A DNA stretch of 64,000 bases from an uncultured Nitrospira sp. (GTDB lineage: Bacteria > Nitrospirota > Thermodesulfovibrionia > Thermodesulfovibrionales > UBA6898): positions 42,882 to 106,881 of the forward strand of contig CAVVAQ010000008.1 of assembly GCA_963746295.1 (NCBI GenBank). Reading direction: 5' to 3'. The notes below the pieces were generated by a model. That model worked only from the letters and a program-made list of their open reading frames with translations, had not been told where the DNA came from and did not search any database. A program made the position numbers and the translations under genes. Positions 20,311 to 28,794 of this stretch are shown here, one piece after another (position 1 is the stretch's first letter; each line of letters begins with the position of its first letter).

Positions 20311-20644
20311 GAAAATGCTTGGAGACCTGATGCGTCAGGCGCAGAAGATGCAGGAAGAGATGATGAAGGCCCAGGAAGAGGCAAAGAAAAAAACCGTTGA
20401 AGCCACTGCAGGCGGCGGCATGGTCACCGTGGTCGCCAGCGGAGCAGGCGAGATCGTATCCATAAAGATCGAAAAAGATGTCGTTAACCCCGAAGATGTT
20501 GAAATGCTGCAGGACCTTATTCTCGCCGCGTCAAATGAGGCGCTCAGAAGGGCACAGGAACTGGTATCCGACGCAATGTCAAAATTGACCGGAGGCATGC
20601 AGATTCCGGGAATGGGCGACCTCGGTGGCATGTTCGGAAGATAG
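20303..20644 (+). CDS. ybaB: Nucleoid-associated protein YbaB/EbfC
   Basis: The sequence reads [26 protein letters not shown]...VTVVASGAGEIVSIKIEKDVV. GGAGGA lies 4 nt upstream of ATG 20303. Confidence 0.9.
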   Translation: MSKKMLGDLMRQAQKMQEEMMKAQEEAKKKTVEATAGGGMVTVVASGAGEIVSIKIEKDVVNPEDVEMLQDLILAASNEALRRAQELVSDAMSKLTGGMQIPGMGDLGGMFGR

Positions 20645-20704
20645 AAAACCATGTTGAATGCTGATTTTGAACGGATGAATTCTGCAAACTGAGAGCGATG
20701 TGTT

Positions 20705-21295
20705 ATGCACGGAATTATAGAAAATCTGGTGAATGAACTTACAAGGCTTCCGGGGATAGGGAGAAAAACCGCACAGAGGCTGGCTTTCTTCATACTCTCC
20801 ATGCCAAATACCGAAGCGCTCTCGCTGGCTGAGGCGATCCGGAAGGTCAAAGAAAAGGCGCGTTTCTGCAGTCAGTGCTTCAACATCACGGAAAATGAAA
20901 TATGTGAAATCTGCAGCGATGTTTCACGGGACAGCAGCAGAGTCGTTGTTGTGGAAGAACCCAGTAACATACTCGTTATCGAAAGGGTAAAGGGGTTCCA
21001 CTGCCTCTACCACGTCCTGCTCGGCGCACTGTCTCCCATTGACGGTATAACACCGGAAAAGCTGAAAATACGGGAACTCGTCGAGAGGGTAAAAAACAAC
21101 GGCATTCAGGAAATTATCATCGCAACAAATCCTAACACCAGGGGAGAGATTACCGCTCAATACATAAACGAGCTGCTCAGCCCTCTCAGCGTCACAGTAT
21201 CACGTATCGCATATGGTCTGCCGATGGGAAGCGATATAGAATTCGCCGATGAAGTAACACTCGGCAAGGCCCTTGAAGGCAGAAGACAGATCTGA
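20705..21295 (+). CDS. recR: Recombination protein RecR
   Basis: LTRLPGIGRKTAQRLAFF (HhH), the C4 zinc finger CSQCFNITENEICEIC, and a Toprim domain. Confidence 0.95.
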   Translation: MHGIIENLVNELTRLPGIGRKTAQRLAFFILSMPNTEALSLAEAIRKVKEKARFCSQCFNITENEICEICSDVSRDSSRVVVVEEPSNILVIERVKGFHCLYHVLLGALSPIDGITPEKLKIRELVERVKNNGIQEIIIATNPNTRGEITAQYINELLSPLSVTVSRIAYGLPMGSDIEFADEVTLGKALEGRRQI

Positions 21296-23509
21296 CTATT
21301 TATCCCCGATCACATGACGGACCTTGGCGGCAAGGTCTTGAATCGTGAACGGTTTCTGGATAAAATTCACACCTTCCTCCAGCACGCCGTGATGAACGAT
21401 CGAATTTGTCGTGTAACCCGACATAAACAGCACTTTGGTCCCCGGCCGCAAGGATTCAATCCTGTCACGTAATTCAGTACCTTTCATGTCAGGCATCACC
21501 ACATCAGTTATCAGCAGATCTATGCACGTGTCCCTGTTTTCACACAACAGCAGGGCTTTCCTCGGGTTGTCTGCTATAAGCACCGTGTATCCGATTTCCT
21601 CAAGAATCTCCGCAGTCATCCCTCTGACCATCGCATCGTCTTCCACGAGGAGGATCGTTCCGGTACCGGTTGTTACCTCGGGTTTCCTGGCCTTCCCGCT
21701 TTCTTCTTTTTCTTCTTCACTGATCCTCGGGAAATAGATCTTAAACGAGGTCCCCTGCCCGGGCTCGCTATACACATTGATAAATCCGTTGTTCTGTTTG
21801 ACGATCCCGTAAACAGTAGCAAGTCCGAGGCCCGTGCCTTTGCCTACCTCCTTGGTGGTATAAAATGGCTCGAAGAGATGTGACAGGGTTTCCCTGTCCA
21901 TCCCCGTCCCATTGTCGCTCACCGCCAGCATAACATAGTCTCCAAGAATGAATCCGAGATGTTTCCGGCAGTATGCCTCATCAAGGGTGACATGTGAGGT
22001 CTCAATCGTCAGCTTACCGCCGTCAGGCAGTGCGTCACGGGAATTAACAGCCAAATTCATAAGGATCTGGTCAAACTGGGAAACGTCTATTCTGACCATA
22101 TCGAGATCGGTTTTCGGATAAAAGCGCAGGTCTATGTCCTCGCCTATGAGCCGCGCAAGCGTCTTTTTTGTGCCCGTGATGCGGTCATTCAGATTCACAA
22201 GCATGGGCTCGATGATCTGCTTTCTGGAAAAGGTGAGAAGCTGACGGGTAATGTCCCGGGAGTATATGCCGGCTTTTTCGATCTCCGACAGGTAATTGAC
22301 AAGCGGATGACCGTCAGGCAACTTGGATTTCGTCAATTCCGCATAACCCAGGATAACGCTCAGCATATTGTTGAAATCATGTGCCACACCCCCTGCCAGA
22401 CGGCCGACGGATTCCATCTTCTGTGCCTGGCGCAGCTGTGATTCAAGCCTCTCCTTTTCCGCCGCTGCCAGTTTCCGCTCTGTAATGTCCTTATGAGTGC
22501 CCAGCATCCTCAGAGGATTTCCTTCTGCGTCCCAGGCAACGATCTTGCCGAGCGAGAGGATCCATTTGTAGTCTCCTGACCTGGTGCGCTGCCGATACTC
22601 CGCCTCATATGAAAGAATATCACCCCGGATATAGGAGCGATAGGTTCCGGTAACCCGATCACGGTCGTCAGGATGCATACGATCAATCCACCCGGCATAT
22701 GACTCCTGAAATTCCGCGGGATCATAGCCGAGCATTGTGGCGTATTCAGGACTGACAGTGGCCTCTCCAGTCTTGATGTTAAAATCATAAAGCCCCTGAT
22801 TTGCCGCAGTGACCGCCATTCTGAGACGTTCTTCGCTCTCCTTGAGAGCCTCATTTTGATTTGCCAAATCAATCATCTTCTCCCGGATAGCGTCACGCAT
22901 GCGTATAAAGCTTTGACCAAGACTTTGCAGTTCCTGAATCCCGCTGGTCTCGATCTCCTGGTCCAGGTTGCCATTTGCCATGGCCCTGGCCGCGGCGGTC
23001 AGGCGGTCAACAGGTCCGATGAGTCCCCTCGCCACCAGAAAGATTACACCAAAAAGTCCCATAACAAGCATGCCGGAGAAAAGGATGATCTGATTGCGTG
23101 ACCTCACAAGCCACTGATCAATACGCGCCGTCGAGTAGGTGATCTGTATTTCACCCAGTTTATCCGATACCCGGCTGATCACCACACGGCTGCTGATCGT
23201 CTGCCCAATCGTGTCCGGTGTTCTTGTACGGTACATCTTGATATGTCCGTTGTATTCAGTCAACTCCATCCGGACAATATCTTGATTGGCAAAAAACGAA
23301 TCGAGCGTGGCATCTAACTGTTCTACATTGCCGTCGTACAGCGGGCCAGCGGTCACAACATTCAGAAGCCTTGCATTCTCTGCAATAGTCTCCTGAAGCC
23401 TGGCCAGAGCATCTTTCCGCTCCTTGTTCATAAAATAGAGGGCATAGATGATGTTTGCGACCGCGGCAACCAGTATGACGGCTATGATAATCCGGCTACG
23501 AATGCTCAT
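21296..23509 (-). CDS. Hybrid sensor histidine kinase (TM-periplasmic domain-TM-HAMP-PAS-HisKA-HATPase-receiver)
   Basis: H-box is GGVAHDFNNML. G-boxes are DNGTGMD and GTGLGLATVYG. The C-terminal receiver reads ILLVEDD...DLLITDVVMPDM. Its stop codon abuts the recR stop (convergent, no spacer). Confidence 0.9.
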   Translation of the reverse strand: MSIRSRIIIAVILVAAVANIIYALYFMNKERKDALARLQETIAENARLLNVVTAGPLYDGNVEQLDATLDSFFANQDIVRMELTEYNGHIKMYRTRTPDTIGQTISSRVVISRVSDKLGEIQITYSTARIDQWLVRSRNQIILFSGMLVMGLFGVIFLVARGLIGPVDRLTAAARAMANGNLDQEIETSGIQELQSLGQSFIRMRDAIREKMIDLANQNEALKESEERLRMAVTAANQGLYDFNIKTGEATVSPEYATMLGYDPAEFQESYAGWIDRMHPDDRDRVTGTYRSYIRGDILSYEAEYRQRTRSGDYKWILSLGKIVAWDAEGNPLRMLGTHKDITERKLAAAEKERLESQLRQAQKMESVGRLAGGVAHDFNNMLSVILGYAELTKSKLPDGHPLVNYLSEIEKAGIYSRDITRQLLTFSRKQIIEPMLVNLNDRITGTKKTLARLIGEDIDLRFYPKTDLDMVRIDVSQFDQILMNLAVNSRDALPDGGKLTIETSHVTLDEAYCRKHLGFILGDYVMLAVSDNGTGMDRETLSHLFEPFYTTKEVGKGTGLGLATVYGIVKQNNGFINVYSEPGQGTSFKIYFPRISEEEKEESGKARKPEVTTGTGTILLVEDDAMVRGMTAEILEEIGYTVLIADNPRKALLLCENRDTCIDLLITDVVMPDMKGTELRDRIESLRPGTKVLFMSGYTTNSIVHHGVLEEGVNFIQKPFTIQDLAAKVRHVIGDK

Positions 23510-25059
23510 CTCCCGCTGTCCTCGAATTCAACAATATGGCGGTAGGCTTCCCTCTGTTTTTCCACTCCTACACGTTGGGTCAGTTGCCGCCATCGCTCGG
23601 CAACCGTGTCCAGGGCAGCCTGGGGAGATTCGCGGCCGGTCAAAGCGCGGTAGACGCCCACCGAGAGGATATACACATATTCCTGTCCCCTGTATATACG
23701 CAGATCCAGGACCCGGTTTTTGCTCTGACTCATACGGTCCAGGGTCTGTATATACGATTCAGCCACCGCATCGTCCCAGCCGGCGCGCTCAACCCAGAAT
23801 TGTTTGTCCAGATCAGAACTGCGGAAAGGATTAATGCCGAAACGCCCCTTCAAAAGATCTGAAGCATGGTTCTCTCTGTTGCAGAAGAAACCCAGAAAAT
23901 CAAAGGCCGCTTCTTTGTGGCGGCTGGAGCGCGTCACAGCACTGGTCCAGCCGTAGACGATATAGGGGACATAATTGACGCGCGGAAAAGTGTCCCACTT
24001 TTCGGTCTTACGGTTCCAGACCTTTCGCGATCCAGGCGACAATGCTGCTGCCACTTTATTGCGAAGAGGGTTTCCCTGCTCCATGGCCTCGATGAAAGGA
24101 TCGTCCCACGAATCGGAAAATACCGCCTCTCCATGACCAAAGGAGCGGATCACCTGCGGAAAGCTAAAGTTACGCCCTCCTTCCGGGTAAAGGCCCTGCG
24201 CCGCTACAAAATCCTTCAGCGCTTCGACAAATCCGGGCGTATTGATCAGCGGCTCCATGGTTTCCAGGTCAAAATAAAAACCGCCCTTTACCTCCGGGTG
24301 TTTGGCATAGGGAGCAGCACGCTTAATAAACTGGTTGCCGAGCAGCGAGTCACTCACCGTAATCTCGGCGATCCCGCTGATGATATGACCATCGCCCAGC
24401 TTGCGGCCGTTAAAAAAGCGTGCTATTTCCTGAAGTTCTGGCCAGGTCCTGGGCACTTCAAGGTCCCTCCCTGTCTGTTTTTTAAATGCGGTTCGGTAAC
24501 TCGGATCATCGAGAAGGTCCTTCCGGTACTGGAGGTAGTGCCGGTCACCGTCAATGGGGACCTGATACGGTTTCTCACCCCAGCTCGCGATGCTTTTGTA
24601 ATGGGGAAGCACCTCCCGGTATTCGGGTGAATTCAGCATTTTTTTGGGCAGGGGTTCGAGATACTGTAGGATATCGGCGATCCACATCGACCCATAGAAT
24701 ATTGCGTCATATTTATTCTGCTTCAAGCCAAGAATTAACTCCTGATAGAACTTATTGAAAGGCACAAAGGTAATGTTGATCTTGGCGCCGGTAAGCTTTT
24801 CGAACTGGCGGGCGTGGAGTTCAGTTGGTTCACCCAATACCGGCTTCTCAAGGGTAAGGACATTCAAGGTAACGCCTCGGTAATTTTTCGCCGCAATTGA
24901 CTTATAAGAATAGGGCTCCGGAGATGCGTTGTCTGCCGCCGCCTCTGAAAGCAATGCCGGGATACCCATGGCACAGAGGAAAGCGCAGACCAGAAGGCCG
25001 GAAGTGCAAAGCCTGAACAGCGGCTTAACAGTGAAAACAATACGAATGAGCATAAGCAA
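23506..25059 (-). CDS. Periplasmic solute-binding protein (ABC family-1 type), orphan, translationally coupled to the kinase
   Basis: Signal peptide plus a family-1 SBP-like sequence (KINITFVPFNKFYQELILGL...). Its stop overlaps the kinase ATG (ATGA, 23506-23509). No ABC permease or ATPase occurs anywhere in the window. Confidence 0.8.
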   Translation of the reverse strand: MLMLIRIVFTVKPLFRLCTSGLLVCAFLCAMGIPALLSEAAADNASPEPYSYKSIAAKNYRGVTLNVLTLEKPVLGEPTELHARQFEKLTGAKINITFVPFNKFYQELILGLKQNKYDAIFYGSMWIADILQYLEPLPKKMLNSPEYREVLPHYKSIASWGEKPYQVPIDGDRHYLQYRKDLLDDPSYRTAFKKQTGRDLEVPRTWPELQEIARFFNGRKLGDGHIISGIAEITVSDSLLGNQFIKRAAPYAKHPEVKGGFYFDLETMEPLINTPGFVEALKDFVAAQGLYPEGGRNFSFPQVIRSFGHGEAVFSDSWDDPFIEAMEQGNPLRNKVAAALSPGSRKVWNRKTEKWDTFPRVNYVPYIVYGWTSAVTRSSRHKEAAFDFLGFFCNRENHASDLLKGRFGINPFRSSDLDKQFWVERAGWDDAVAESYIQTLDRMSQSKNRVLDLRIYRGQEYVYILSVGVYRALTGRESPQAALDTVAERWRQLTQRVGVEKQREAYRHIVEFEDSGR

Positions 25060-25207
25060 TTAGTCCTTTTTTACCCTCAGTAAGCGCTTTTTCTGTATTC
25101 ATGAGGCATGAATAATTGCAAAATTTATGGCTGTTTATATTCTCACAGGAAAGGTTCATAAAGCAATAATTTTGAACCTCCTTTCACAGACAGAATTTGC
25201 CGTAAAG

Positions 25208-25639
25208 TCAGTTCCTTTCCTTTCTTTTCCTTACAAATATCAGTAGGAGAAGCAGCAGGAATGCAAGAAGAAGCAGCAAGATTGAGTGAAACGGTATGAT
25301 ACTCTCTTTATAAACTGTCATTGTTTGGTATGTTTTAATCGGCAACTTCTGATCAGCGGCAATCTCAGCCGGCTTTTTTTCGGCCGAATCTTCAAGAAGA
25401 AATTGCTTCTCAGGTACAGGCTCAACCTTTGCCTGTTCCGGCTCCGGAATACTTCCTCTTTGATCAAGCCGTATCGTCTTTCCTTCCTTATCGTGCAGAT
25501 GATACTCGCCGCGCAACAGTTCCCATTCACCGCAGTGCTTCCAGCATTTATGGCCTCCCCGCCGGTCTGTCTTGCCGGGATGGGCGCCTGCGGATACAGA
25601 GATCAGGAGAACAAAAATGAGTGATAAAACCGCTTTCAT
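25208..25639 (-). CDS. YHYH-domain protein with C-terminal membrane anchor
   Basis: Signal peptide, then HPGKTDRRGGHKCWKHCGEWELLRGEYHLH, which matches the H-x-G-x-TD-x2-GGH...YHxH pattern. The C-terminal helix is Leu-rich. Confidence 0.55.
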   Translation of the reverse strand: MKAVLSLIFVLLISVSAGAHPGKTDRRGGHKCWKHCGEWELLRGEYHLHDKEGKTIRLDQRGSIPEPEQAKVEPVPEKQFLLEDSAEKKPAEIAADQKLPIKTYQTMTVYKESIIPFHSILLLLLAFLLLLLLIFVRKRKERN

Positions 25640-25792
25640 CGCCTCAGTGTATCGAAAAACTCATCTTCTGTCAAACAAAGCAGGAAATGTGAAACCAGTT
25701 AAAGGAGATGGATGATGATATGTTATGACAGACGGATTTCGTGCTATAGTAAAAAGAAGGGATGTTCAGTATCTAATAAAGTGAGAGAACAC

Positions 25793-26026
25793 ATGAAACA
25801 GGGTATTGTTATTTTTTTTCTTCTCCTTGCCTGCCTGCTTTCCGGCTGTTCAGGGAACAAAGCAGCGGAGCTTTATGAGACCGCGGGATTTGAGGAACTC
25901 CAGAATAACAGGGAACACGCCCTTAAGCTCTATCAGCAGATTATTGAAAAGTATCCTGACAGCGAGTATGCCAAAAAAGCGGATGAGAGGATATCAGAGA
26001 TAAAAAAAAGTGACATGAGGAGGTAG
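25793..26026 (+). CDS. Small lipoprotein with a YbgF/TPR-like repeat
   Basis: MKQGIVIFFLLLACLLSGC is a lipobox. ...ALKLYQQIIEKYPDSEYAKKADERI follows. An extended -10-like TGCTATAGT lies at 25742-25750. Confidence 0.6.
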   Translation: MKQGIVIFFLLLACLLSGCSGNKAAELYETAGFEELQNNREHALKLYQQIIEKYPDSEYAKKADERISEIKKSDMRR

Positions 26027-26029
26027 GTC

Positions 26030-26506
26030 ATGCAGGTATTGGTCCTCTATTATTCCAAAGGCGGAAACACGAAAAGACTTGCTGAAGAAATCGCGAAGGG
26101 GGTAGAAGCCGCCGGTGTAACCTCCCTGCTGAAAAACACCGGGGAAGTCACGAAAGAAGACTTCCTCGATTCAGACGGTGTCATCGCTGGTTCCCCTGTT
26201 TACTTCGGGGTCATGGCCTGGGAACTCAAAAAGATATTTGACGAATTTGTAGGCACAAGGAAAAAGATGGAGGGCAAGGTGGGCGCGGCATTCGCGACCG
26301 GGGGACACCATACCGGGGGAAAGGAGACGACAATCATGTCCATTCTCCAGTGCATGCTCATTTACGGCATGATCATCGTCGGCGACCCGATGAGCGCATC
26401 TGGCCATTACGGCGTCGCCTGTCTCGGCAAGCCGGACCAAAACGCTTCGCAGGACGCCTTTAAACTCGGCGCGCGGGTTGCTGAACTCTGCAAAAGAATC
26501 GGATAG
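26030..26506 (+). CDS. Flavodoxin-like NAD(P)H-dependent FMN oxidoreductase (WrbA-like)
   Basis: The sequence reads MQVLVLYYSKGGNTKRLAEEIAKG...DGVIAGSPVYFG...GGHHTGGKETT. Confidence 0.8.
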   Translation: MQVLVLYYSKGGNTKRLAEEIAKGVEAAGVTSLLKNTGEVTKEDFLDSDGVIAGSPVYFGVMAWELKKIFDEFVGTRKKMEGKVGAAFATGGHHTGGKETTIMSILQCMLIYGMIIVGDPMSASGHYGVACLGKPDQNASQDAFKLGARVAELCKRIG

Positions 26507-26820
26507 GTTTTTCACTGAAAAATGGATGGATTGCCTGCAAACATCGTTGTTTTCTCCGACAGACCCTTATTGCCACCCTTTTTGCGGCATAGCAGTTACA
26601 CGATCCAAACTGGGTACTTCTGTCAATAAAGCGTGTAAAATGTATGGCGTCGATGCCGCATAATGCCGGCCTCAGGCGAGCTGTTGCATTCTGCTTCACC
26701 GTTTATATATTATTTTATTAACGGGAGCGTCCGAACAATCATTAACCATTCTTTTGGGGCAGCTGGGTGGCAGGGATAACCGTTGCCGGTCCGCCTTGAT
26801 TGCTGCCCAGGGAGGTGCTT

Positions 26821-27807
26821 ATGAACCTGCAGTCGCGTTTTCTCCGGATAGTCCTCATGGCAGTGGGTTTTATCATTGTCTCCTGCACTGCTTACGCCGA
26901 TACCTTACCCTTTGTTATCGCTGTAAAGGATGGCCTGCAACTGGAATATCGTGGAACGGATGCGGATGGTCTTTCGGTCCTTCGTTCCGAAGGTCAGATC
27001 CGTCCCATTGTGAACGGAAAAATAGCTCCGGATAACTGGGGCACGGCAAGGATCATCGTCTGGAATCGCGCTGTGCCGGACCCCTTTTTCTCGGCCATAG
27101 GGCCGTTAGCCACGTTGATAGAGCTCTACTTTGCGCCGCCGCTGCAAGACTATACGTCTCACCTGGGTCTGATCCAGACCCCGTCAGGATTTAAGACCAC
27201 CTTCGCTGTTAAGAATAACAAGTCAATACGGGGCGATTGGTACGTTGGCGACGGCACGATCTTCGGCGGTACAACCACGGACCTTGTCGTTGGTGGATTT
27301 CTTGTGATAGGAATTCCCTCGGCTCCGTATCAGGCGAATCTCTATGTTCCGTTGACTTCCTATTTCCCGACTTATACCTATTATTTTAGTGCCGCTCCAT
27401 ACCCCACTTATATAAAACCGATCGTTCCATCCTATATAAATGAAATGATGGGGTCCTTTTACGGATATACGACGATTTTTGGCCAGGACAGACCTGTCCG
27501 GTCATTTGCCTATTATGATTTTACTATACAAAACAGCTGCTCTTCCGGATGCCCACAAAATTTTTTGGGGGGACACCTTATGGCCATCAATACCGGTGAC
27601 GACGCTGCCTATGTTGTTGCCTGTTCCAATTTCTCGGTCTCAAATTCTTTGCCACCTAATCCCTATTTTGAGTATATACCTGACTTTTGCTCCTTGTCCG
27701 GGACTGGACCAATGAGCCCGTACACGGGCGATGCCGTTTACCTCCCGGGCAGCCATGTGGGAGAAACAAACCTGAGCTTTTTCAACTGGTTTTTGGTCTT
27801 GCAATGA
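26821..27807 (+). CDS. Secreted hypothetical protein, Tyr/Pro/Gly-rich, no recognisable family
   Basis: MNLQSRFLRIVLMAVGFIIVSCTAYA looks like a signal peptide. The rest includes YFPTYTYYFSAAPYPTYIKPIVPSYI and four Cys near the C-terminus. Confidence 0.5.
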   Translation: MNLQSRFLRIVLMAVGFIIVSCTAYADTLPFVIAVKDGLQLEYRGTDADGLSVLRSEGQIRPIVNGKIAPDNWGTARIIVWNRAVPDPFFSAIGPLATLIELYFAPPLQDYTSHLGLIQTPSGFKTTFAVKNNKSIRGDWYVGDGTIFGGTTTDLVVGGFLVIGIPSAPYQANLYVPLTSYFPTYTYYFSAAPYPTYIKPIVPSYINEMMGSFYGYTTIFGQDRPVRSFAYYDFTIQNSCSSGCPQNFLGGHLMAINTGDDAAYVVACSNFSVSNSLPPNPYFEYIPDFCSLSGTGPMSPYTGDAVYLPGSHVGETNLSFFNWFLVLQ

Positions 27808-28012
27808 TCAGGCAGCCGCCTGAGCATTGGCTCAGACGCTGAAAAGGACAGAGCAAGAACGCAAGTACCGGGTGTCAGGCGTATATTGCTTTTCGCAAGT
27901 CAACGCTGAATTGAGCGAACTGGCCGTTGCCTGGTTGCAAGAGTTTTATACTGTCGGCCACGTCCATTTCCAGTCGGTTACATTTTTTGCCGACTCCGTT
28001 ATACCTTTTCCA

Positions 28013-28195
28013 TCAGGGTTTGATATAGGCATTCAGGCCGATAATGACCGGCTTGTCGTTTACCTTGGCATCGGTAACCGCATTTCCCCTCGTGCTCGCA
28101 ACCACAAGTGTTTTGCCGGAGGCCGACGGAGTCGGGGTTTCCAGGTCGATTTCGATGTAAAGCTTGTTGTCCTTGATTTCAACTTTCATTGCCAT
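28013..28195 (-). CDS. Small hypothetical protein (60 aa)
   Basis: MAMKVEIKDNKLYIEIDLETPTPSASGKTLVVASTRGN... is a beta-rich pattern. RBS-like AGGAGAAA lies upstream. No family assigned. Confidence 0.4.
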   Translation of the reverse strand: MAMKVEIKDNKLYIEIDLETPTPSASGKTLVVASTRGNAVTDAKVNDKPVIIGLNAYIKP

Positions 28196-28396
28196 GAGTA
28201 TTTCTCCTTTTCTTGATTGATTATGCTTCCGTTATTTTGCTCCTTGCCCTAACCACTGCAACAAGAACTCTTTTCTCATTAACAAGAGGAACGTAGTTCG
28301 CGGCAAAAGATATTTAAAGGCATTGAGTTCATAAAGGACCTCGCACCGTGGTGCCAGTCGTGCGATAAATTGTTTAAGGACAAGAAATCACGTTAA

Positions 28397-28585
28397 TTAC
28401 GATTTGTCAGCATCATGCTGAGTAAGGTACCGCATGAGAAATTCCTCGTCTTTCGGGGTCAGGTCGAACTTCAGACAGGCCTTTTCGACCAGGGCGAAAA
28501 GAGACGCATCGGGATGTTCGGTACGTTCATCTGCTACCCACTTGACCGCTCTTCTGAGCTGTTCACCTTCCGGAAGAATACTCAT
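28397..28585 (-). CDS. Small hypothetical protein (62 aa)
   Basis: The protein is MSILPEGEQLRRAVKWVADERTEHPDASLFALVEKACLKFDLTPKDEEFLMRYL. RBS-like AAGGAGA lies upstream. No family assigned. Confidence 0.4.
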   Translation of the reverse strand: MSILPEGEQLRRAVKWVADERTEHPDASLFALVEKACLKFDLTPKDEEFLMRYLTQHDADKS

Positions 28586-28794
28586 GTTCGTCTCCTTTCG
28601 CGTGCTGTGAGATCATTATAGCTTATCGAACCCCCATGGCTAAAAGATCTTCATAAGTCAAATATCTGTCTGACCATCTGCACATGGCCTTTATCCATGC
28701 ATAACCCAAATTGTGCGATGCCTTCATACGTATCGCAATCCACCACCACCCTGAAAGACCCCGGCAAAGAGAAGCAGCGGAAAAGGTTAAAGAC

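Noticed and set aside
23866-24630. Long ORFs antisense to real genes: 23866-24630 (254 aa), 32584-33666 (360 aa), 30085-30858 (257 aa), 45706-46356 (216 aa), 53234-53884 (216 aa), 39371-39907, 36220-36849, 20335-20850, 13119-13601.
   Set aside because: They are shadow ORFs on the opposite strand, or in another frame, of genes with clear homology. Their composition is biased (Arg/Ser/Pro-rich) and they have no motifs and no RBS.
26740-26815. The GGGGCAGC...GCTGCCC stem with an internal GGCAGGGATAACCGTTGCC hairpin just upstream of the secreted protein gene, as a possible riboswitch.
   Set aside because: It matches no riboswitch class I can recognise. It is short and could simply be mRNA leader structure.
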